IMG/VR virus record: IMGVR_UViG_3300045988_180472
Span: 1 to 52,006 of that record
Strand: one strand, 5' to 3'
Source of the DNA: a virus
DNA: 52,006 bases
Part shown: piece after piece, positions 34,912 through 43,551 of the stretch
How the letters are laid out: each line of letters starts with the position of its first letter
Numbering within the stretch: the first letter of the stretch is position 1
Program-made: the position numbers and the translations under genes
Notes under the pieces: generated by a model
Seen by the model: the letters and a program-made list of their open reading frames with translations, nothing else
Told to the model about the DNA's origin: nothing
Databases searched by the model: none

Positions 34912-35040
34912 AGTGTACCTCCATTCATTATTCACTATTCACTTGTAGCAACCATTTGTTAAAGACAGTATGCACCAACCAAATGAACTTGTAAATAGCT
35001 TTTGGGCGATTTTATGAAAAAATTTTTCTAGGAGCCACCC

Positions 35041-36804
35041 ATGGCGATTATTGATTCCTTCAAAATTCTCTTCGGCGTTGACCCGTCAGGTGTCGCCAAG
35101 GGTATGGCGCAAGCAGAGAATCGAATCAAATCAGGCGTTCAGAACATTATATCGAATGTCCTCGCGCCATTGACTGGTGCTCTGGCGATCGGGAACGCCT
35201 TCAATAACTTCATCAGCCAAGCCGACAAGCTGGGACTTCTCGCCGACAAGCTGGGCATGGACGTCGCGGAAATCGACGCATGGTCAGCTGCAGTAGAGAA
35301 TGCTGGCGGGTCGGCTGAAGCATTTCAAGGGACTCTCAAGAGCTTCAGCGACAACCTGCGCAACGCAGCCCTCGTCGGCGGCGGAGCTGGTGTTGAATGG
35401 CTCTATTATATGGGAATCAGCGCAGTCAATGCTGAGGGCAAGCTCAAGAATTTGACCGAAGTGCTCCCAGACTTGGCGGACAAAGTTGCCGGCATGTCGA
35501 AGATGAAGAGCACGTATATCCTCCAGCAACTGGGGCTTGACGAAGGCACCATCAGGTTGGTCCAGAAGGGCAGGAAGTCAGTCGAGGAATTGGTTGGAGC
35601 GATGAAGCTCTTCGCCTACTCCAAGAAGGACGCTGAGACTGCCCGCGAATTCAATTCGGCGATGAACCTGCTGGGAAAAGGTACGCAGTCCGTCGCCAAC
35701 CTTATCTTCGCACAGCTCACGCCAGTGGTCACGCAGCTGGCGAATGAGTTTGTGAAGTTCATCGTCTTCCTCCGAGAACACGAGAATTTCGTCATCGCCT
35801 TCTTTGGCGTCCTTATTGCTCTCTCCCTCAAGTTCCTAGCGGCATGGCTCATGAACCCGGTAGTTGCCGCCATTATGGCGATTATCGCGGTCGCTGCTCT
35901 ACTTGCTGGTATTATCGATGACCTCATCGCCTACATGAACGGTGGAGGCTCTGCTCTTGAAGACCTGTGGAGCATCTTCGGGACGGGCGAAGAAATTGCC
36001 GCACGTCTTAATGCGGCATGGGAAGGCCTGAAGGCGACGGGCAAAGCCTTATGGGACGGGCTGACGGAAGAAGTTTCGCGCTTCGCCAGCTTCTTTGAAC
36101 CGGCCTTGAAGCCCATCATCGGCGTATTTACGAGCATCTTCCAGCTCATTGGCAATATTATGGACGGCGAATGGCGTAAGGCTGGTGAATCCTTACGCAA
36201 CGTCTTTAATAACGCCCTTGAAGCTGTGAAGAATATGTTCAAGGGCGCCGTAGATTACGTCCTTGACCTCCTTAACCGCATTTGGGAGTGGTTCGATAAC
36301 CTCGATTTCGGCAGTATCTGGGAGGGCATTAAGGAGTTTGCTGGTGGGTTCTTTGGTGGTGATGACGAGGAGGCTAAGGAAAAAGCCAAAGTCAAGCCGA
36401 CGGACAAGAGCCCGCTGAACAACAATCCCGCATTCGAAAATCCCTATGCTATGGGATACGACGGGCGTGGGAATCCCGTGACTGAAGCCCGCAAGGGACA
36501 AGCGTTGTTGCCTCCCCAAGTTGTTGCGCCAGCCCCTACGCTGGCCTCAGCTGCTCTGCCCACCATTTCCGCCATGCAGCACGCGTCAGCGCCAGCTCAA
36601 GCTCAAACGCAGCCTTCAGCGCTCGCATATAAGCCCGCGGCTCCAAACAACACGAAAGTTGATTCCACGCTCAACGTGGGCACTTTCAACGTGTACACAA
36701 ACGCGACGAATGCCGATGGCACGTTTAACGACGCGGCCTCCTCATTCTCCAACCAGTTTGGCAGTATGATGTATCCCGCTCTCTCGGGGGTAAATACCAA
36801 ATGA
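35041..36804 (+). CDS. tail tape measure protein
   Basis: 587 aa, alpha-helical with hydrophobic central segments (FIVFLREHENFVIAFFGVLIALSLKFLAAWLM...). Sits after the chaperone genes. RBS AGGAG. Confidence 0.7.
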   Translation: MAIIDSFKILFGVDPSGVAKGMAQAENRIKSGVQNIISNVLAPLTGALAIGNAFNNFISQADKLGLLADKLGMDVAEIDAWSAAVENAGGSAEAFQGTLKSFSDNLRNAALVGGGAGVEWLYYMGISAVNAEGKLKNLTEVLPDLADKVAGMSKMKSTYILQQLGLDEGTIRLVQKGRKSVEELVGAMKLFAYSKKDAETAREFNSAMNLLGKGTQSVANLIFAQLTPVVTQLANEFVKFIVFLREHENFVIAFFGVLIALSLKFLAAWLMNPVVAAIMAIIAVAALLAGIIDDLIAYMNGGGSALEDLWSIFGTGEEIAARLNAAWEGLKATGKALWDGLTEEVSRFASFFEPALKPIIGVFTSIFQLIGNIMDGEWRKAGESLRNVFNNALEAVKNMFKGAVDYVLDLLNRIWEWFDNLDFGSIWEGIKEFAGGFFGGDDEEAKEKAKVKPTDKSPLNNNPAFENPYAMGYDGRGNPVTEARKGQALLPPQVVAPAPTLASAALPTISAMQHASAPAQAQTQPSALAYKPAAPNNTKVDSTLNVGTFNVYTNATNADGTFNDAASSFSNQFGSMMYPALSGVNTK

Positions 36805-37385
36805 GTCAATTGACCGTGCTTAATTCCAATTCAAGCGCCGATTCCAACTCGAACGCTATTAACACAGGTTCTGAGTGGGCTGTCGTCGCGCGGAACAAAG
36901 GGCTGTCAGTGCAGTTTGACGGCATTATGGACATTGACGTCAAGAATGAGTCGAAAGTGCTGACGTCGCCCATTGAGAAGAGCAGCTTCGCCGCTTACAA
37001 TAAAGTGGAAACGCCTCTGGATGTGGTGATAACTGGGGCTTCTCAGCAAGACGGCGCGACACAGTCAGCCATTCTTGACGCGCTCAACAAGCTGGTGTCT
37101 GGTGCCGAACTGGTGGACATTGTGACGCCGACGGCTGTTTACCTCAAGATGACGCTCGAGTCCTACAGCTACAAGCGAACGGCCACAGACGGTGCGTCGT
37201 TGCTTGTGGTAGAACTCCACGCCATTGAAGTGCGCGAGGTGGAGACAACGCGAGTAACCAAAACAAAGCGGGCGTCGTCTGCCAAGACGCAAAAGACGGG
37301 GCAGACGCAAACGAAGAAGCCGAGCAACTCCGCGTTCTTTGACGCCAACGGTGGGAAGAAGCTCAATCTTGGAGGGCTGGTCTGA
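36801..37385 (+). CDS. tail/baseplate assembly protein (hypothetical)
   Basis: 194 aa, directly after the tape measure gene. Overlapping start. Confidence 0.4.
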   Translation: MSQLTVLNSNSSADSNSNAINTGSEWAVVARNKGLSVQFDGIMDIDVKNESKVLTSPIEKSSFAAYNKVETPLDVVITGASQQDGATQSAILDALNKLVSGAELVDIVTPTAVYLKMTLESYSYKRTATDGASLLVVELHAIEVREVETTRVTKTKRASSAKTQKTGQTQTKKPSNSAFFDANGGKKLNLGGLV

Positions 37386-37705
37386 TGCGAGAAATTCCGA
37401 TTCGAGCTCTGCCGCGTCAGGAATTCAACGTTCTGTTGGACGACCAGCAGTGCACAATCCTCCTCTATCAACGCGGCCTGTATATGTATATGGACCTCAC
37501 CGTTAATGGCGAGTTGGTCACTGCCGGCGCAATCTGCCTTGACGGCGCGAACCTCGTCCAGTATCCCACTACCAAGTTCAAGGGGTCGCTCCACTTCGCC
37601 GATAGCCTTGGTACAGACCCGCCGCAGTACGCGGAGTTGAACACGCGTTTCTTCCTGTTGTACTTGTCCGAGAACGAAGAAAAACCCGAGTGGATGAAGT
37701 ACTGA
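37385..37705 (+). CDS. small tail/baseplate protein (hypothetical)
   Basis: 106 aa. RBS GGAGGG. Confidence 0.4.
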   Translation: MREIPIRALPRQEFNVLLDDQQCTILLYQRGLYMYMDLTVNGELVTAGAICLDGANLVQYPTTKFKGSLHFADSLGTDPPQYAELNTRFFLLYLSENEEKPEWMKY

Positions 37706-37706
37706 T

Positions 37707-38576
37707 ATGGCAGTTAGTTACACCAAAAAAGCCTTGCAAATCGATATCGAGCTCAACAATGGCCTCACGAAGTCTTTTACGGGCTTGGCTTGCAAGGTGA
37801 GCGTGCAGAAATTAGGGCTGCCAGACAAAAATAAAGCGTCAATTTCCATCATGGGCCTGTCCTATGATGACATGGCGGCGGCTACAACCATCGCCCAACA
37901 GCCGTTCATGTTTGCTCGCAACCATATCGCCATATGGGCGGGCGAGCAAGGGCAGTTATTGACGCGCATTTTTTCTGGCAATATTTCCAGTGCGTGGGCT
38001 GATTTCAACACGGCCCCTGACCCAACCATGAAAATTGAGGCCATGACTGGTGGTTTTGCCAGCCTCATGTCCCAAGCTCCAATGGCCACGAGCGGCGAAA
38101 CAAAGGCCGCGGACGTGGTGCAGCAGATGGCGGCGACGTCAGGATTCTCATTTAAGAATCAGGGCGTCGATTCCGCGTTGTCGAATACGGTCCTGAGTGG
38201 TTCGCCGATTGAGAAGGCGAAAGCTGCGGCGGACCAAGTCGGTGCGGACCTCATCATTGATGACGAAGAAATGATACTCTTGCCGAAGGGGGAAACCCGC
38301 CAGACAGCAGGTGGAACGGTCCTCGTCTCGCCAACTACTGGTATGATAGGTTACCCGACGTTCGGCAACATGACACTGAGTTTCAAGTGTTTCTTCAACC
38401 CCAACATCCAACGCGGCGGCCTTGTGCAGGTGGAGTCCATCGTGCCGAAGGCTTCTGGCGAGTGGCGGGTTTCCAAAGTGACGCATAACCTCACGGCGTA
38501 CGACCCAAAAGGCGGCCCGTGGGAAACTGTAGTGGAAGGGACATATGGCTGGAGATTCCTCGGCGGTATACAGTAA
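37707..38576 (+). CDS. baseplate hub-like protein
   Basis: 289 aa, upstream of the spike-like gene in a Mu/P2-type baseplate order. Confidence 0.45.
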   Translation: MAVSYTKKALQIDIELNNGLTKSFTGLACKVSVQKLGLPDKNKASISIMGLSYDDMAAATTIAQQPFMFARNHIAIWAGEQGQLLTRIFSGNISSAWADFNTAPDPTMKIEAMTGGFASLMSQAPMATSGETKAADVVQQMAATSGFSFKNQGVDSALSNTVLSGSPIEKAKAAADQVGADLIIDDEEMILLPKGETRQTAGGTVLVSPTTGMIGYPTFGNMTLSFKCFFNPNIQRGGLVQVESIVPKASGEWRVSKVTHNLTAYDPKGGPWETVVEGTYGWRFLGGIQ

Positions 38577-39297
38577 CCAAGATCTTGATACCAATTCTTC
38601 GCCCTATAACCAGCTCAAATTCATCATTGAGAACACGGTCAAGGGAATGCTGAACACGGCTATCCCGGTTATCGTGGACTCGTGCACAGCTCCGGGACCG
38701 ACTGGCGGAGCGGGCTATGTGTCATGCACGCCGCTGGTGATGCAGCGAGGGTCAGACGGCAATGCTCTGCCGCAAGTATCTCTCCCCAAGTTGCCATTTT
38801 ACCGCGCGCAATGTGGTACGGCTGCAATCGTCATGGACCCCAAACCGGGCGATATAGGCTTGGCGATTTTCGCCCAGCAGGATTCGTCTAAGGTTCAAGA
38901 GGGCACTTCACAGCCCTCAACACCGGGTTCCTACCGGACATTCTCTATGTCTGACGGCTTTTATCTTGGCGGGTTCGTTAACACGGCTCCTGAGACATTC
39001 ATCCACCTGAACGATGAAAAGCGCGAAATCACCATAACAGGGCCTGATAAAGTCGTTGTCAACACTAAAATAGTTGAAGTGAATGCGAGCGACAAAATCG
39101 CACTCAATACGCCTTTGGTCGAGCTGTCTGGCCGTCTGGTCCAGACTGGCGCCGATGCTGGTTCTGGTTCGGGTGCCGAGTTCAAGAACGGCTTGACCAA
39201 CACCGGCGGCTCCATCACGTCTAACGGCATCGTCCTTGAGTCGCATGTCCACACGGGCGTTGAGTCTGGCAGTAGCACAACTGGGGGTCCCCAATGA
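38545..39297 (+). CDS. baseplate central spike protein (P2 gpV / Mu gp45-like)
   Basis: 250 aa. C-terminal LESHVHTG (an HxH apex motif) and a Gly/Ser-rich tip. Followed by the gp25/W-like and J-like genes. Confidence 0.55.
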   Translation: MAGDSSAVYSNQDLDTNSSPYNQLKFIIENTVKGMLNTAIPVIVDSCTAPGPTGGAGYVSCTPLVMQRGSDGNALPQVSLPKLPFYRAQCGTAAIVMDPKPGDIGLAIFAQQDSSKVQEGTSQPSTPGSYRTFSMSDGFYLGGFVNTAPETFIHLNDEKREITITGPDKVVVNTKIVEVNASDKIALNTPLVELSGRLVQTGADAGSGSGAEFKNGLTNTGGSITSNGIVLESHVHTGVESGSSTTGGPQ

Positions 39298-39668
39298 GCC
39301 ACACGAATTATTCTTTCATGTTGAATGACCAGTGGGACATCAGTTGTAACGACGTCGGTCAAATCAACATCACTACTGGCGATTACTGCGTCGCCCAAAA
39401 TGTCGCCAACGAAATCAGGTGTTTCGAGGGCGACTTGGTGTTTGACACAGAACATGGCATTCCATGGTTCGACGTCCAGCTTGCCAAGCCAATCATCGCC
39501 GTACTCGCATCAACTTATATGCGCGACGCGGCTTCTCAAGTGGACGGCGTGGAGCAGGTTACGGCTGTTGATGTGAACACTGCGAACTTCGACCATACCA
39601 CCAGACAGCTGTCTGGTTCCATCGAATTTACGACCACCACCCAAACTCCGATTATCGTCGAACTCTAG
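39294..39668 (+). CDS. baseplate wedge protein (gpW / gp25-like)
   Basis: 124 aa, lying between the spike and the J-like gene. Confidence 0.5.
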   Translation: MSHTNYSFMLNDQWDISCNDVGQINITTGDYCVAQNVANEIRCFEGDLVFDTEHGIPWFDVQLAKPIIAVLASTYMRDAASQVDGVEQVTAVDVNTANFDHTTRQLSGSIEFTTTTQTPIIVEL

Positions 39669-39676
39669 GCGGGCAT

Positions 39677-40897
39677 ATGTCTCAAACTCATATTTCCTTT
39701 GATGACGAGCTCGGCTTGCAAGTTCCTGCAACTGAGGACATTCGCACCGCCGTTGCAGATGACTGGCAGAAAGCGTTCAATCGAGGTGAGGGCTCGCCTC
39801 TTCTCGACGTCGAGCCTACTTCGCCAGCAGGCCAGCTTATTGACGCGCTGACGGCAGAAATCGAGGCGAAAAATTCCGAGCTCCTCTACTTGGCGAATCA
39901 GCTGAACCCCAAGACGGCAGTTGACCGCTTCCAAGACGCGCTTGGATATATCTACTTTCTCACGAGAAAAATTGCTGAAGCAACCGTGGTAACGTGCGAG
40001 GTCACAGGCCTCAACGGTACGACCATCCCATACGGCGCCATCGTACAGAGTACGGAAGGTTACAACTTGACGTGTTTGTCGAGCGTCACCATCGGTTCTA
40101 GCGGCGCGGCAACCGCATATTTTCAGGTGTCCGAACCCGGACCGATTGAAATTGCGGCGCACTCAGTTACCAAAATTGTGACGGTTATCCCCGGTTGGTC
40201 CTCGGTAGACAACGACGAACCCGGGGCAACAGGGCGCCTAAAAGAAACGCGCGCCGAATTTGAAGCCCGCCGATACGCTTCCGTGGCTAAGAACGCCCAT
40301 GGAAGCGCTATTTCTATTTATGGGACAATTGCCGATATCAATGGGGTCATTGACTGCCAAGTGCTGGAGAATACAGGCCCCAACCCCAAAGAAATGTATG
40401 GCGTGAATGTGGACGGCCACAGCGTCGCCGTATGTGTGTATGGCGGCGAAGACGACGACATTGCTGAAGCGATTTACACCAAAAAAGACGCCGGTTGTGG
40501 AACGTCTGGCAATACGACCATCCAGCACGTGGCGTATGACTTCGCCAACGCCCTGTACGAGTACAAAATCTATCGCCCTGAAACCGTAAGTTTCAACGTA
40601 CAGGTTGCAATCCCGAACGCGAGCGCGCTCAATAACAATATCAAGAACGCGGTTAAAGAAGCAGTGGTGACCGACTTTCTCGGCCAGTCTGAAATCAGTG
40701 GTAATTTGCGAGTCGGTCTTGCATCGACAGTTTACGCCAGCCGCTTCTATATCGCAGTTATGTCTACTGATGGCGTTTCACAAATCAGCAATATCAAGAT
40801 CGCGCTCGGGAACACCAACTACGCGGACTCGGTCGTTATCAATGCTGACCAAGAGCCGGTTATAACCGAAGATAACGTCACCATCGTGGAGGCTTAA
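39677..40897 (+). CDS. baseplate J-like protein
   Basis: 406 aa, in the conserved position after the gpW-like gene. Confidence 0.6.
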   Translation: MSQTHISFDDELGLQVPATEDIRTAVADDWQKAFNRGEGSPLLDVEPTSPAGQLIDALTAEIEAKNSELLYLANQLNPKTAVDRFQDALGYIYFLTRKIAEATVVTCEVTGLNGTTIPYGAIVQSTEGYNLTCLSSVTIGSSGAATAYFQVSEPGPIEIAAHSVTKIVTVIPGWSSVDNDEPGATGRLKETRAEFEARRYASVAKNAHGSAISIYGTIADINGVIDCQVLENTGPNPKEMYGVNVDGHSVAVCVYGGEDDDIAEAIYTKKDAGCGTSGNTTIQHVAYDFANALYEYKIYRPETVSFNVQVAIPNASALNNNIKNAVKEAVVTDFLGQSEISGNLRVGLASTVYASRFYIAVMSTDGVSQISNIKIALGNTNYADSVVINADQEPVITEDNVTIVEA

Positions 40898-42514
40898 ATG
40901 GGCGCTCCTACGTGGAAAAACATGGACGAGGTAGCCGATTTTCGTGAGTTATACGACGTCGGCTCTCTTGCTTCCATCGCTATTCAAAGTCAGTACGCGG
41001 CCAGTCCTACCATGGTAAAACTGGCGGGTTCCTTTCAGGATACCATGGACGCCTCCAGCGACCTCGACACCATTTACAATTGCCTGTTCTGGTTGCCGAC
41101 GTGCACAGGCGTGGCTCTTGACTATTGGGGCGACATCGTCGCTATCAAGCGCCAGCTGAACACGTCCAGCGGCCAAATTGTATGGGATGACGAGACATAC
41201 CGTTTTCTCATCCTCTACAAGGCAGTGGCGAATATCTCCGCAAGTGACGCAGCTTCAATCAATGATTTGCTTACTCGCTTGTTCGGCGAAGGTGTGTTTA
41301 TTTACGACAAGCAGAACATGACGATTCGCATCATCACGCTGTTCTATGCGGATGACCAGCAGAAGGCGATTTTAACCAACTATGGCCTGTTGGCGCGTGG
41401 AGGCGGTGTAGGCTGGGAATGGCTGCAAGTACGACCTGAGGAAACTTTCGGCTTTACCCATTCAGAGCTTCAGCCGTTCAACCAAGGCGTGTTCTTGCCG
41501 TACGACATCATCAACGAAGACTACGTTTTCATCCCCGACCCCGACCTCGACCCCGACCCCGACCCAGAACCGATTCCTGTTGGTCCTGACACGTGGGCAT
41601 TCAAGGTTGAGGCGGCGGTCAATGATGAGAGCAATTTCATCGTCGGCGCTTCGTTCTTCGCGAACGACTCCATCAACGCCAACCTCAAACTGAACATTGA
41701 TTGGGGCGACGGCCAGACACAAACGCTCACTCGTGCCGACTTCCCTGCCAATGGCGAGGCCTATGATACGTCCGCAGCGACGCACGTCTATGTCAAGGGT
41801 GGCAAATATATTATTCAAATCCAAGCGGACAATTGGGAAGATACCTACATTGACATGCGGACGACGTCAACATTAGATGTGGAAAAAGAACCTGTCTTGT
41901 ACTGGTTCAAGAACACGCTCGTCTCGCTCTACAGCCCTATTCCCAAGTTTGCGGGCGTTCGTCAAACGACTAATGGGACGGCGAGCACGTCTAAGCGCGA
42001 CAGCGCCTTCAACTACCTGTTCGCATTCACTACCAAGCTGGAATCGATTTCGGCGGACTTCTTCAAGTACACTGGCGGTTCTGTTTCGCTATACGAATAT
42101 CTTTTCTACAATTCGAGCTTGCCTGAGCTGCCGGATGGGATATTCGACTTGTGCACGAATATTGGCCGTGCCAGTGGTATGTTGTACAATTCGAAAATTA
42201 CTGCGCTGCCTGCAAATCTGTTTGCGCAGTGTAAGGAACTTTCCTATTGTACTTTCATGCTGTATGGGCTCGATTTGACCAGCTGCCATGTTGACGTGCT
42301 TAAGGGCGCGGACGATTTGCGCGGCATCAGCTACCTGTTGTCTTCGCGCCATGACTTGCGCTTGACGGCCGCCAATATCTCGAATGCGAGCAATGTCATG
42401 CCGTACAAGAGCGCTGAAGATAACGTCACGATTTACGTGCCGGCAGGTTCTACCACAGCTACGACGCTCAACAAGCTGGCGTCCACGTATAAGCTCACGA
42501 TTATTGAAGAATAA
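40898..42514 (+). CDS. baseplate/tail fiber protein (gpI / Mu gp48-like N-terminus with C-terminal extension)
   Basis: 538 aa. DPDLDPDPDPEP linker. Directly after the J-like gene. Confidence 0.5.
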   Translation: MGAPTWKNMDEVADFRELYDVGSLASIAIQSQYAASPTMVKLAGSFQDTMDASSDLDTIYNCLFWLPTCTGVALDYWGDIVAIKRQLNTSSGQIVWDDETYRFLILYKAVANISASDAASINDLLTRLFGEGVFIYDKQNMTIRIITLFYADDQQKAILTNYGLLARGGGVGWEWLQVRPEETFGFTHSELQPFNQGVFLPYDIINEDYVFIPDPDLDPDPDPEPIPVGPDTWAFKVEAAVNDESNFIVGASFFANDSINANLKLNIDWGDGQTQTLTRADFPANGEAYDTSAATHVYVKGGKYIIQIQADNWEDTYIDMRTTSTLDVEKEPVLYWFKNTLVSLYSPIPKFAGVRQTTNGTASTSKRDSAFNYLFAFTTKLESISADFFKYTGGSVSLYEYLFYNSSLPELPDGIFDLCTNIGRASGMLYNSKITALPANLFAQCKELSYCTFMLYGLDLTSCHVDVLKGADDLRGISYLLSSRHDLRLTAANISNASNVMPYKSAEDNVTIYVPAGSTTATTLNKLASTYKLTIIEE

Positions 42515-42528
42515 GGAGCAAAGTTTCT

Positions 42529-43539
42529 ATGAAACCAGTCTATCCTACGCAATGGCTGCCGTCGCCGTACGCCATTGATGGCGACAAGACGGTGCCTGTT
42601 GCCACCAATGCTTCACAAGGACGGTTTGCGGCGGATATTGGATTCCCGCCAGAAACCCAGAAGCCGATAGCGCAAGGCGGTATTCCTCCTCACCGTTGGG
42701 ATTTCAACGGCGCCTTGTATCAGCTGTCCGCCATTTTGTTCTATTTCCAGTCTGGCGGCATGATTACATGGTCGAAAGACATGCAATACATTCCGCCGGC
42801 GATTGTGAATTACAATGGTACCTACTACGCTTGCATTAAGGAGAGCGGGACCGAGACCGACGCCAAGAAAGCCATTCAGCCGGGAACTGACTCTTCCTAC
42901 TGGAAGAACTTGTTCGATTTCCTTGGCGACAAGTCCGAAGCTGGTGGGTTCGTCAAGACAAACAACACCGTAACGCTGACTGGCGATGCGACTGGTAGCG
43001 GCAAATTTAATTCTGCCGGCAATGTCTCCATCACTGTCGACGTTAACGAAGCCGCCCAAACGCCCAAATGGAAAACCGCCCGTACGGTGACCTTGACTGG
43101 TGATGTAACCGGCAGTTTCTCTATTGACGGCACGAAGAACGTAACCGTCGGCACTACATGCTCCGTGGCGGATAAACTTCGCTATCGGCGCTATATCACA
43201 TTGTCAGGCGCCGTCAATGGGACAGCTTCGTTTGACGGCTCTGGCAACGTGATTATTCCTACGACGATGGACTCTTCAGCGGGCGGTTCCATGGTACCCA
43301 ACTGGCCAGCCATTGCAGGCCGTTCGAACAATACGCAGTATACTGCTGATGAGAATGGCTATTTGTATACGAACTGGGGCGACTCGTCTGCAGGCTACGT
43401 GTATATCAATGGCTGGCGATCAACATGGATTCGTAACGGCGGCTCTGAATACGTCCCCACAATCTGGCCTATCTGCAAGGGCGACACGTATCGAACCGAT
43501 GGCGGTATCCGTAGTCTCTTTTGGATTCCCTGCAAATAA
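42529..43539 (+). CDS. tail fiber protein (short) with internal beta-repeat units
   Basis: Repeats VTLTGD(A/V)TGS...GNV.I.V x3. RBS AAGGAG. Confidence 0.55.
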   Translation: MKPVYPTQWLPSPYAIDGDKTVPVATNASQGRFAADIGFPPETQKPIAQGGIPPHRWDFNGALYQLSAILFYFQSGGMITWSKDMQYIPPAIVNYNGTYYACIKESGTETDAKKAIQPGTDSSYWKNLFDFLGDKSEAGGFVKTNNTVTLTGDATGSGKFNSAGNVSITVDVNEAAQTPKWKTARTVTLTGDVTGSFSIDGTKNVTVGTTCSVADKLRYRRYITLSGAVNGTASFDGSGNVIIPTTMDSSAGGSMVPNWPAIAGRSNNTQYTADENGYLYTNWGDSSAGYVYINGWRSTWIRNGGSEYVPTIWPICKGDTYRTDGGIRSLFWIPCK

Positions 43540-43551
43540 GCGGAGCAACTT

